From an uncultured delta proteobacterium (lineage in GTDB: Bacteria; Myxococcota; Kuafuiibacteriia; Kuafuiibacteriales; Kuafuiibacteriaceae): a stretch of 64,000 nucleotides of DNA. The notes under the pieces were generated by a model. It had not been told where the DNA came from. It saw only the letters and a list, made by a program, of their open reading frames with translations, and did not search any database. The position numbers were made by a program, and so were the translations under genes. Location of the stretch: the NCBI GenBank assembly GCA_963803435.1, contig CAWDML010000009.1, positions 896,001 through 960,000 on the forward strand, written 5' to 3'. Of this stretch, positions 1 to 8,479 are shown piece after piece (position 1 is the stretch's first letter; each line of letters opens with the position of its first letter).

Positions 1-954
1 CCGGTCGACCTGGCCGGCGAGCAGCGCCTCCTCGCTGGCGAGGAAGAGCTCACAGACCTCGTGGACCAGGTGGCTGATCGCCTTGGCCCGCAGGTAGGCG
101 ATCGGCTCCTTGGTGCCGTCGTGCTCGGGCGCGCGGTAGGACGCACCGCGGGCCGCGATTGGGGCCAGGCAAGCGAACGCCTCGTCGAAGCTCACCTTCT
201 CCAGCTCGCAGCCGTCCTCGAGGTCGAGGATCGAGTAACAGATGTCGTCGGCCGCCTCGACGAGGAACGCGAGCGGATGGCGGCAGAAGGCCACCTCGTC
301 TCCTCGAGCGGGCATCAGGCCGACGCCGGCGGCGACCTGCTGGAACTCGATCTTCTCGGACTGAAAGAAGCCGTACTTCTTGCTGCGCTTCGACTCCCAC
401 GGATACTTCGTGAACGCGGCCAGCGTGGCCAGCGTGAGCTGGAGCCCCGGGTTGTTCGGGATTTGCAGCCGCGTGACGATGCGGAAGCCCTGCGCGTTGC
501 CCTCGAAGTGGAGGAGGTCGCGCTTCTCGCCGTCGCTCAGGCCGTCGAGCATGGCGGCGTGCTCGGTGAACCAGCTCCCGATCGCGTCCTCCCCGGCGTG
601 GCCGAAGGGCGGGTTGCCGATGTCGTGCGCCAGGCAGGCGGCCGCCACGATGTCCCCGAAGTCGCGGCCGTCGACGCAGGCGCGGAGGGCCGGGTGGCGT
701 TCGAGGAGGCGCTGGCCCACCGCCGTGCCGAGCGAGCGGCCCACGCAGGAGACCTCGAGGCTGTGCGTGAGGCGCGAGTGCACGTGATCGTTCTCGGGCA
801 ACGGAAACACCTGCGTCTTGTCGTGGAGGCGGCGGAACGCGGACGAGAACACGATGCGATCGGAGTCGCGCTGGAACGTGGTGCGCGAGGTCTCCGGCTG
901 CCGGGTGCCGTCGCGACCGAGTCGCTCTGCCGAGAGGAGCGTGGACCAATCCAT
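1..954 (-). CDS. dgt: dGTP triphosphohydrolase (HD family), partial, runs off left edge
   Basis: Not in the ORF track; translated by hand from ATG 954: MDWSTLLSAERLG...FQRDSDRIVFSSAFRRLHDKTQVFPLPENDHVHSRLTHSLEV...AACLAHDIGNPPFGHAGE, typical dGTPase motifs. Alternative in-frame ATG at 993. Confidence 0.93.
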   Translation of the reverse strand, partial: MDWSTLLSAERLGRDGTRQPETSRTTFQRDSDRIVFSSAFRRLHDKTQVFPLPENDHVHSRLTHSLEVSCVGRSLGTAVGQRLLERHPALRACVDGRDFGDIVAAACLAHDIGNPPFGHAGEDAIGSWFTEHAAMLDGLSDGEKRDLLHFEGNAQGFRIVTRLQIPNNPGLQLTLATLAAFTKYPWESKRSKKYGFFQSEKIEFQQVAAGVGLMPARGDEVAFCRHPLAFLVEAADDICYSILDLEDGCELEKVSFDEAFACLAPIAARGASYRAPEHDGTKEPIAYLRAKAISHLVHEVCELFLASEEALLAGQVDR

Positions 955-1023
955 CCCGGCGAGCGTTACCAAGAAGCGGCCTGCCTCGGCCATCTGGACA
1001 CGCGTGCGGTAGAATTGAGCGGC

Positions 1024-1419
1024 ATGTCTCCGGAGCCCGCCCGACACCTTCTCGACGCTGCGCTCGCGGAGTGGGCGGCCGGCCGCTTCTACGAGGCCCA
1101 CGAGCTGCTCGAAGACTTCGCGGAGTGCTTCGAGGCCGAGGATCAGGCGTTCGAGTGGGCGCTGGGGCTGACGCGGGTGGCGGCGAGCCTGCACAAGCTG
1201 GTCGCGGGCGTCGGCGTGCGCGCCGTGCCCGGCAAGCTCCACCAGGCCCTCCGCGATTTGGCGGGCGCGCCTCCCGATTGGTTCGATCTCGACCTGGTGG
1301 CGTTTCGGTCCGAGCTCGCCGTGCTGGCGGAACGCCTCCAGGCCGGCACCGCTGTCCGGTTTCTCCCGTCCGAGATGCCGGTACCGCGCACCATTGCGGC
1401 GGGGCCCGAAGGTGGGTGA
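1024..1419 (+). CDS. DUF309 family protein
   Basis: C-terminal part of ORF 61..1419 from ATG 1024; motif GRFYEAHELLE...GLTRVAASLHK matches the DUF309 pattern (F(Y/F)EAHExLE). Confidence 0.8.
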   Translation: MSPEPARHLLDAALAEWAAGRFYEAHELLEDFAECFEAEDQAFEWALGLTRVAASLHKLVAGVGVRAVPGKLHQALRDLAGAPPDWFDLDLVAFRSELAVLAERLQAGTAVRFLPSEMPVPRTIAAGPEGG

Positions 1420-3136
1420 CGATCACCTTTCGTGGTCGCGGTCCAAAGAGAGCTCACGACGGCGCTCGGACTGTTTGCCCGCACGGCCCGGGCTCGGCCG
1501 CTTTACAGCCCGAACAACCAGGTTCGCATCAAGATGATGGCGGAGCTCGTCCGCGCGTTCGGACGCCTGTTCGACGAGACGGAGGAGGTGACCCTCTCCG
1601 TTCGGCCCGACGCCTTCCTCTTCGAGGACCAGGCCGTGCTCGAGGAGCGGGGCGCCAATCCCTCGGTCCCCTTCCTGTTCTTTCGCGACGGGGTGCGGCG
1701 GATCGAGCTGGTCCGCGGGCTGGACGAGCCCGAGCTCGACGTGCTGCTCGACGCCACCGCCCACGGGCTCTCCCATCGCGGGCTCGACGACGACGTGGTG
1801 TCGGTCCTCTGGCGCCACCAGCTGGAGCACCTCCGCTATGTCACGGTGGATACGACCGTCGTCGACGCGATGCCGGGCGCGATCGGCGAGCCGACGCAGG
1901 ACATCGACGTCCAGATCGACGCTCTGATCCGCAGCATCTACGGCGACGCCGGGGAGGACGTGGGGCTGCGCTCTCTCCATATCGACACCAGCGATCTCAC
2001 GGCCAAGGCCATCGCCGACGCACTGGGATCGATCGACGAGATGGCGCCAGGCTTCTTCCCCCCGAAGCACTTCATCGCCGCGCCGATCTACGCCGAACGG
2101 CTCGCCGGAGAGCTCGAGGAGGAGAGCGACGAGTCGGTCGCCGAGCTGGCGGCGACCGCCGCCGCCGAGGCGCTGTCGCACACGCAGCACCCCGCCGACG
2201 CCGAGGCGCTCGGCCGCGCGCTCCTCGATCTGTTCGATGCCGCGCTCCTCACCGAGCAGCTCGAGCTCCTGCGGCGGATCGTCGAGTGGGCCCAGTCGCT
2301 CGGCGACGGGCACGTCGAGGGGCGGCGTCTGCTCGACACCATCCTGTCGGAGGCGCGCATCCGCCAGCTCACGACGGTCGGACACAACGATCCGGATCGC
2401 GAGCTGGAGGTGATGGCGTTCCTCGAGATTCTGCGGGCCGAAGGTCGTGCCGTCGCTCGTCTCGCTGCTGCCGAGCCTCACCGATCCGCGCCAGCGGCGC
2501 GCCTACTCCGACCTGGCCCTGGCCATGGGCACGCACGAGGTCGAGCCGATCCTGGCGCTCCTCGCCAGCGAGCAGGGCTTCGTGGCGGCGGAGGCCCTCC
2601 ACATGCTGGCCGAGATGCGGAGGATCGATCACCGCGCCGCGCAGGTCGCCGTCCAGCACTCCAAACCGCAGGTGCGACTCACCGCGCTTCAGGTCGTCGA
2701 CCGGCTCGATCCCGACGTCGCCGAGGACGTCGTGCTGGAGCTGATCGACGATCGGGAGCCGCGCGTCCGCATGGAGGCCGTCAAGGCGCTCGGCTACCTC
2801 GAGGGCGCGCGGGCCAAGGGCGCCATCGAGGCTGCGGTCGCGCGCAGCGACTTCGAGGACGCCAGCGCACCGGTGAAGGAGGCGTTCCTCAGGGCGTACG
2901 TGGCCCAGCTGGGCCGACACGCCTTCGACCGTCTCGAGGAGATCATCCGCTCCACGGATCGCCGTCTCGCGCGCCGTCAGGTGGAGGAGCTCGGCGCCGC
3001 CGCGGTGGTGGCGTTGGCCTCGCTGCCGACGAAGCGCACGGTCGAGATCCTCAAGAAGGCCTGTCTGTCGCGGAACAAGCGGGTGCGCGAGGTCGCGCGT
3101 GCCGAGCTCAAGAAGATGAGGAAGGACTTCGAGTGA
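1416..3136 (+). CDS. HEAT-repeat protein (apparent +1 frameshifts near 1429 and 2429)
   Basis: ORF 1432.. N-terminus (YSPNNQV...FLFFRDGVRRIEL) joins ORF 2447..3136 carrying HEAT repeats (DREPRVRMEAVKALG). GTG 1416 overlaps the upstream TGA. Confidence 0.75.
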
Positions 3137-4723
3137 CCGGGGCCGACAAGATCACCGAGAAGGTGGTCGAGCACGCGAAGGGCTTCCTCTCCAGCGTGTT
3201 CATGGTGCTGCGTACACTCCAGATTCACGATGCGGCGAACCGCGCCGTCGAGAACGCCATCCGAGGCGCGTACGAGTCCGCGAACGCGCTCTACTCCGCG
3301 ACCGGCGGCTTCAAGATCCAGTTCGTCGACTCGATGGTGTTCGTGAACGGCACGCGCGTCCGCTTCGAGGGAAGCCTCTTCGTGGCGATCCGGGCGCTGG
3401 AGGCGGCCCTGCGCTCGAAGCAGATCGGCGGCTTCGTCATGACAGCGCCCCCGAGCTACGAGGGTGTCCGCACGCTGGTGGTCGAGCTCGCCAAGGAAGG
3501 CGAGATCGAGCGGAGCCTCCTCGACGGGTTCTCCATCGACGCCGTCGGGCTGCAGACGTTCGGCGATCAGCAGCAGAGGGTCAGCGTGGATCGACGGGTC
3601 CTGGCGGTCCAAAGCTACGCCAAGCTGATCCTGGCGCTGCGCGAGCAGCTCCAGCGCATCCGGCGCGAGCGCGCCGAGGGCAAGGGGTCGTCGGTGCGAC
3701 TGCGGGTCGTGCGCATCGTCCAGGATCTGGTCGAGCTGGTCCAAGATCGCCCGGACTTCCTCCTCCGTCTCTCCACAAACCTCGTCGGCGCGGTCGCCGA
3801 GGAGCTCCACGGCGCCAACGCCTGCCTGCTGGCGCTGGCGATGGGCCAGGCGATCGGCCTCGACCGCCGTGACCTGGTCGACCTGGGCATGAGCGCGCTC
3901 TGTCACCACCTGGGCAGCCCCTCGCCGGACAGCCCGCTCGAGCGCAGCCTGATCGACGCCTCCACCGCCCGCATGTTCAACGACGCAGGCGTCTCCCGCT
4001 CGAGCATGTTGCGCGCCGCCGCCGTCGCCCACCAGCGCAAGTCCGCCACCGGCCGGTCCCGCTTCCGCGCCAAACGCCCCCATCTCTTCGCCCGGATCGT
4101 CGGCGTCGCCGTCACGTATAGCCAGCTCGTCAGCGGCTATGGCCTGCGGAACATCCACCGCGCGCCGCCCCTCGACGCGCTCCAGGTCCTCATGCAGGAC
4201 GACTCCGGTCGCTTCGACCCCGACCTGATCGATCTCCTGATCAACATCCTCCGGGCGTTCCCGGTCGGTTGCCACGTCATGCTCGACACGGGCGAGCATG
4301 CGCTCGTCACCACCCACGGCGGCAGCTCCCGCTGGGATCGGCCCATCGTCGCCGTCAGGGGCGAGCGCCCGCGCCACCTCGATCTCGATGATCGTCGACG
4401 AGGGCCGCTTCCGTCACCGCATCGCCGCCACCGCCCGCTACCTCGGTCGCCAGTCCGAGCTCACCGCCGTCGACAAGCTCCTCCCCCCACGCGCCGAGAG
4501 CGTCTCCGGGCGCCTCGTCCCCGGCGACATGCCGCTCCCGGATGCCGTGGACGCGCCGCGCTCCCTCCTCGACGCGGTCCTCGCCGAGGAGACGCGCCCA
4601 GCGCCCGCGCCCCGCGAGGGCGAGGACATCGACCAGCTCTTCCGCGACTTCCTCTCGGAGGACAAGACGAAGAAGCCGAAGATCGACACGTCGTATTCGT
4701 CGAGCAAGAGCGGGCGGGAGTGA
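3133..4723 (+). CDS. Degenerate HD-GYP-like domain protein (apparent frameshift near 4386)
   Basis: GTG 3133 overlaps the stop of the HEAT gene. HGANACLLA...SALCHHLG...FARIVGVA...FDPDLIDLLINILRAFPVGC resembles HD-GYP with lost catalytic residues. Continues into ORF 4298..4723. Confidence 0.7.
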
Positions 4724-4793
4724 GTTCCTGCGGAACGTGCCGCTCCTGCAGCGGGCAACGATCCGACCGATCTCGAAGCTTTGAAGCGCAGCC

Positions 4794-5064
4794 CTAGTCT
4801 TCCTTCTTCTTCTTCTTCTTCTTCTGCTTCGCCTGCGCCGCTCGGACCTCCTCCATCGAGAGCTGCTCGGTGTCGACCTGGTCGACCGCCCGGAGGATCT
4901 CGGAGCGGGTGGGGCGGCGGATCCGATTCGAACTGCTGTGAGGGCGCCTTCGCGGGCCCCTCGGTCGGATCGTCGGGCTCGGTGGTCTCGTGCTCGTCGA
5001 GGTCCGGAACCTCGACAGGTTCGGTGGTCGAGCCCGAGGAGGGTGGGGGGTCGCCGCCGGCCAT
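4794..5064 (-). CDS. Small hypothetical protein, acidic N-terminus and poly-Lys C-terminus (apparent frameshift near 4927)
   Basis: MAGGDPPPSSGSTTEPVEVPDLDEHE...SQQF joins DRIRRPTRSEILRAVDQVDTEQLSMEEVRAAQAKQKKKKKKKED* if one base of GATTC 4925-4929 is removed. Confidence 0.45.
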
Positions 5065-5132
5065 CGAGTGAAATCGTGGCGCGGGGGGCGCGCTTCTTCA
5101 ACGTCGCACCTTCGGGCTGCGGGTGAGACCCA

Positions 5133-5196
5133 CCTAGGAGCGTGTAGCGCGTAGCGCTACCGCGAGCCCGGTCCGGGTCCCGGTCCCGGTCCCGAT
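5133..5196. repeat. Left arm of long inverted repeat (CCTAGG end, GTAG hairpin, 5 x CC(C/G)G(G/A)T hexamers)
   Basis: CCTAGGAGCGTGTAGCGCGTAGCGCTACCGCGAG-CCCGGT-CCGGGT-CCCGGT-CCCGGT-CCCGAT; reverse complement of 5663-5732 with 2 mismatches and one hexamer fewer. Confidence 0.95.
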
Positions 5197-5201
5197 GGCG
5201 A

Positions 5202-5570
5202 TCATGCAGCCCGGCGTGCGTTCATCGACTTGATGAGGCGCGTGAGCCTCTCGACAACGCGCTTGAGCTTGGCTCTGGCGGCTTGGACCTTCTGCTCGTT
5301 GGGGAGTCGGCGCCTCAAGCAGGTGTGGAGTGAGGCGGCGCTTTCGGTGCCAGAGCGAAGTGCCATCCGGTAGAAGCGAGCCTTCTCAGGTGGATTGAAC
5401 TCTCCGGCGCCCTCGGCGGTGTTGTTCACGATGGAATCGGATGCCCGCCGAAGCTGATCGCGGACGTGAGCGTGACCGGGTTGCAGTTCTTGTGCGATCT
5501 CTTCAGCGATGTCGGCATACTCGACGGCGAGCTGGTAGACCTCGAGCTTCTCGTGATCGAAAGTGACCAT
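5202..5570 (-). CDS. Four helix bundle protein (23S rRNA intervening-sequence protein family, TIGR02436-like)
   Basis: 122 aa; FDHEKLEVYQLA...DQLRRASDSIVNNTAEG...KARFYRMALRSGTE matches the family pattern (L.V(W/Y)Q...QxRRAxxSIxxNIAEG...GSxxE). Confidence 0.92.
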   Translation of the reverse strand: MVTFDHEKLEVYQLAVEYADIAEEIAQELQPGHAHVRDQLRRASDSIVNNTAEGAGEFNPPEKARFYRMALRSGTESAASLHTCLRRRLPNEQKVQAARAKLKRVVERLTRLIKSMNARRAA

Positions 5571-5636
5571 GCAAGCTAGCTTGCGGTAGCTCGTCCACTC
5601 AAGCTCTACCGATCGAAGCTCGCGACCGTCGCGAGC
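5571..5636. promoter_or_regulatory. Two perfect palindromes in the leader of the four-helix-bundle gene
   Basis: GCAAGCTAGCTTGC (5571-5584, abuts the start codon) and GCTCGCGAC-C-GTCGCGAGC (5618-5636). Regulatory role is inferred. Confidence 0.45.
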
Positions 5637-5662
5637 GTCTGACTCAAGGCAGCCATCTTCAG

Positions 5663-5732
5663 ATCGGGACCCGGACCGGGACCGGGACCCGGACCGGGCT
5701 CGCGGGAGCGCTACGCGTTACACGCTCCTAGG
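5663..5732. repeat. Right arm of long inverted repeat (6 hexamers, CCTAGG end)
   Basis: ATCGGG-ACCCGG-ACCGGG-ACCGGG-ACCCGG-ACCGGG-CTCGCGGGAGCGCTACGCGTTACACGCTCCTAGG; its CTA (5728-5730) is the TAG stop of the upstream minus-strand gene. Confidence 0.95.
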
Positions 5733-6231
5733 GCTCGCCGGCGAAGCGGCGCGGGATGAGCCAATCCCAGCGGGTCCGAGGGCTCCCATCGCGGTGGACG
5801 AACTGGACGAGGAACGACAGCGCGTCGATGCGGAAGCAAATCCGCTCCCGGAAGCGGAGCCGATAAGCGCCGGCGGGGAAGGGAGCGCGGATGGGGGCGA
5901 GGGGGAGGTCGGTGACGAAGGTACCGTCGGCCCTCTGCAAGCCGACTTGCGAGCCGCGCGGCACCGTCACGGTGGCTTCGCGGTCGTACACCCGTGCGAT
6001 GACGAAACGGCGGAGCGTCTGCGGCAGCTCGACCTGCAGGTCGGCGCGGCGGTTGGCGTGGTAACCGCCCACCACCAGGCGGCGCTTGCGGCCGGCGCGG
6101 ACGGAGTCGAGGAGATCGTCCTTCCAGTAGGCGACGACCTCGAGGGTCCAGTGGGTCTCGGTCGGCTCGTCGCGCTTCTCCAGCCGCCGGTGGAGCACAC
6201 GTGCAATCAGGGGATCCGGCTCGTCCTTCAT
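5728..6231 (-). CDS. Hypothetical protein
   Basis: 167 aa ORF with ATG and upstream GAGG-like SD; globular composition; stop lies in the inverted-repeat end. Confidence 0.65.
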   Translation of the reverse strand: MKDEPDPLIARVLHRRLEKRDEPTETHWTLEVVAYWKDDLLDSVRAGRKRRLVVGGYHANRRADLQVELPQTLRRFVIARVYDREATVTVPRGSQVGLQRADGTFVTDLPLAPIRAPFPAGAYRLRFRERICFRIDALSFLVQFVHRDGSPRTRWDWLIPRRFAGEP

Positions 6232-6280
6232 CCTCGCACCGGTTGACGGGGCTCATCGCACGCGCGAAGAGGGGCGCAGC

Positions 6281-7297
6281 ATGGCCCAGGACGAGCTGGA
6301 TGTCACCGGGATCGGGAACGCGATCGTCGACGTGATCACACAGGCAAGCGACGCATTCCTCCGCGAGAACGGCCTCGTGAAGGGCGCGATGCGTCTCATC
6401 GACGCGGAGGAGGCCGAACGGCTCTACCGGGTCATGGGCTCGGGCGTCGAGGTCTCGGGCGGATCCGCGGGGAACACGATCGCCGGGCTGGCCTCGCTCG
6501 GCGGCAAGGCAGCGTATATCGGCAAGGTGGCCGACGATCAGCTCGGCCAGGTCTTCACGCACGATCTCCGGGCGACCGGTACGCGGTTCGAGACGCGCCC
6601 GCTCTCCGGCGGTGCGCCGACCGCGCGCTCGCTGATCCTGGTGACGCCCGACGCGCAGCGCACGATGAACACCTATCTCGGCGCCTGCGTGGAGCTCGGT
6701 CCGGAGGACATCGGGCGCGAGCTGATCGCGTCGAGCCGCGTCACGTACCTGGAGGGCTACCTCTGGGACAAGCCCACGGCGAAGGAGGCCTTCCTCAAGG
6801 CGGCCCGCATCGCGCACGACGCCGGACGCAAGGTCAGCATCTCCCTCTCCGACAAGTTCTGCGTCGATCGCCACCGCCAGTCCTTCCTCGAGCTGGTCGA
6901 GGACCACGTCGACATCCTGTTCGCCAACGAATCGGAGGTCTGCGCGCTCTACGAGGTCCTCGACTTCGACACGGCGCTCGAGGAGGTGAAGCGCAGCTGT
7001 GAGACGGCGGCCCTCACACGGAGCGCCCGCGGGTCCTTCATCCTCCACCACGGCGAGGTCTTCGAGGTCGAGGCTGAGAAGGTCGACCGCGTCGTCGATA
7101 CCACGGGCGCCGGCGATCTGTACGCGTCGGGCTTCTTTTACGGGTACACGCACGGCGAAGCGCCCGAGGTTTGGGGCCGGATGGGGGCGATCGCGGCCGC
7201 CGAAGTGATCAGCCACTACGGCGCTCGGCCCGAGATCTCGCTGGTCGATCTGTTCTCGAAGAAGATCCGGGGCTTCACGGCGCCCGCCCTTTCTTGA
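6281..7297 (+). CDS. PfkB family carbohydrate/adenosine kinase
   Basis: GIGNAIVD, GGSAGNT, YLEGYLWD, FANESE and VVDTTGAGDLYASG (PfkB signature). Confidence 0.93.
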   Translation: MAQDELDVTGIGNAIVDVITQASDAFLRENGLVKGAMRLIDAEEAERLYRVMGSGVEVSGGSAGNTIAGLASLGGKAAYIGKVADDQLGQVFTHDLRATGTRFETRPLSGGAPTARSLILVTPDAQRTMNTYLGACVELGPEDIGRELIASSRVTYLEGYLWDKPTAKEAFLKAARIAHDAGRKVSISLSDKFCVDRHRQSFLELVEDHVDILFANESEVCALYEVLDFDTALEEVKRSCETAALTRSARGSFILHHGEVFEVEAEKVDRVVDTTGAGDLYASGFFYGYTHGEAPEVWGRMGAIAAAEVISHYGARPEISLVDLFSKKIRGFTAPALS

Positions 7298-7328
7298 CGC
7301 GGCTCTCCCTTTCCTCTCCCATGGCCCC

Positions 7329-8105
7329 GTGGTTTGGGGCGTGATCGCGCTGCTCGCCGTCGGTCAGCCCGACGTGAAGCCGAGCCCGGTCCCGATCGCC
7401 TTCGTCGACCGGCCGCTGACCACACCCGAAGATGCGTTCGAGCTGATCTTCGAGCTCGCCTACTCGCAGCTCGACACGCGCGCCCCGGTCGTGGTCGGCG
7501 AGGCGGGCGCCCGGTACGGCCACACGGACGACTTCGAGGTCGGCGTGCGACTCCTGCGGGTCTCCATGTCTCCCGCGCCCAACACGGGCCTCGACAACCC
7601 GATGGGCTTCCTCCGGTATCGGGTGCTCAGCGGCGTCTTCGAGCTGGCCGGATACATCGAGTCCGAGATCCCGATCGGCGGGATCTACGAGGCCAACGCA
7701 CGGGTCGAGATGATGCTGCGGATCGGTCGCGTGGCGCGCCTCGACTTCGGCCCGACGTTCGGGCTCTTCGCAGAGAATCCGATCCGCTACCGTGCGCTGG
7801 GTCCGCTCGAGCTGGCGTTCCAGCTCGGCGACCACGTCAAGCTTTCGGCGCTCGGGATCGTGGAGCTGCGCGACGTCTCCCGTGCGCGCGACGTGCTGGG
7901 GCGGGCCGGCTTGCGACTCGCTTACACGTTCGGCGCGAACGGCCACGCCACCGCGGATCTCGGGCTCCTGGTGACGACGCCGAACCTGGCGCTGTCCGGC
8001 GAACGTCCCCAAAATCCCGCGCTCAACAACTACTTCTTCGTGCTCGTAGATCTGCGCTGGTTCATCGCGAACGACAGCCGGGACGACTGGCGAGGCCTCG
8101 ATTGA
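7329..8105 (+). CDS. Hypothetical exported, probable beta-barrel outer-membrane protein
   Basis: Hydrophobic N-terminus (VIALLAVGQ), alternating beta-strand pattern, late aromatic strand VDLRWF. True start may be ATG 7321 with a G-run error. Confidence 0.6.
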   Translation: MVWGVIALLAVGQPDVKPSPVPIAFVDRPLTTPEDAFELIFELAYSQLDTRAPVVVGEAGARYGHTDDFEVGVRLLRVSMSPAPNTGLDNPMGFLRYRVLSGVFELAGYIESEIPIGGIYEANARVEMMLRIGRVARLDFGPTFGLFAENPIRYRALGPLELAFQLGDHVKLSALGIVELRDVSRARDVLGRAGLRLAYTFGANGHATADLGLLVTTPNLALSGERPQNPALNNYFFVLVDLRWFIANDSRDDWRGLD

Positions 8106-8122
8106 TCTGACATGATCGAAAA

Positions 8123-8404
8123 GTGAGCGACCCGGACTATCTCGAGCAGCTCCGCGCCGCGCACGAGTTTCCCTGCGAGTACACGTTCAAGCTGATCGGC
8201 GACAACTCGGAGACCCTCATCCAGGCGGCCATGGCACACCTCCTGGCGGTTCTGCCGAGGTCGGTTCCGAACGTCACGACCCGCGAGTCGTCGAAGGGCA
8301 ACCATCAATCGGTGACCATCGTGGTGGAGGTCCCGGACGCGGAGACCGTCGAGGCGTTGTATCTCCGGTTTCGCACGGTCACCGGGGTGAAGGTGCTCCT
8401 GTGA
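8123..8404 (+). CDS. DUF493 / YbeD-like protein
   Basis: 93 aa; EFPCEYTFKLIG...RESSKGNHQSVT...YLRFRTVTGVKVLL matches the DUF493 pattern. Confidence 0.88.
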   Translation: MSDPDYLEQLRAAHEFPCEYTFKLIGDNSETLIQAAMAHLLAVLPRSVPNVTTRESSKGNHQSVTIVVEVPDAETVEALYLRFRTVTGVKVLL

Positions 8405-8479
8405 CCGCCGGACGACGCGTCGCGTTGAGCGCGTCTCGGTTTTCGGTTCGGCCGTCGCCGTGCTAACCAAACCCGACCC

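Larger units (their letters stand above)
5133..5732. mobile_element. Putative non-autonomous inverted-repeat-bounded element (REPIN/IVS-like) carrying a four-helix-bundle gene
   Basis: Long inverted repeats with CCTAGG at both outer ends, a single cargo ORF and no transposase. Mobility is inferred, not shown. Confidence 0.55.

Noticed and set aside
1-954. dGTPase as an anti-phage system
   Set aside because: The context is housekeeping-like with no defence-island neighbours, and the gene is truncated by the window edge.
1432-4797. 1121 aa single fusion ORF
   Set aside because: Artefact of a frameshift near 2429 that bypasses the HEAT gene stop at 3136; the middle part is out-of-frame Arg/Gly-rich text.
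4799-4830. (CTT)n tract as a phase-variation switch
   Set aside because: A trinucleotide repeat encoding a C-terminal poly-Lys run; length change would not shift the frame.
5202-5570. Four-helix-bundle protein as the Avd of a diversity-generating retroelement
   Set aside because: No reverse transcriptase and no TR/VR pair differing at adenines seen in the window.
5133-5732. 23S rRNA intervening sequence, CRISPR array or classical IS
   Set aside because: The flanks are protein-coding, not rRNA; there is no repeat-spacer periodicity and no transposase.
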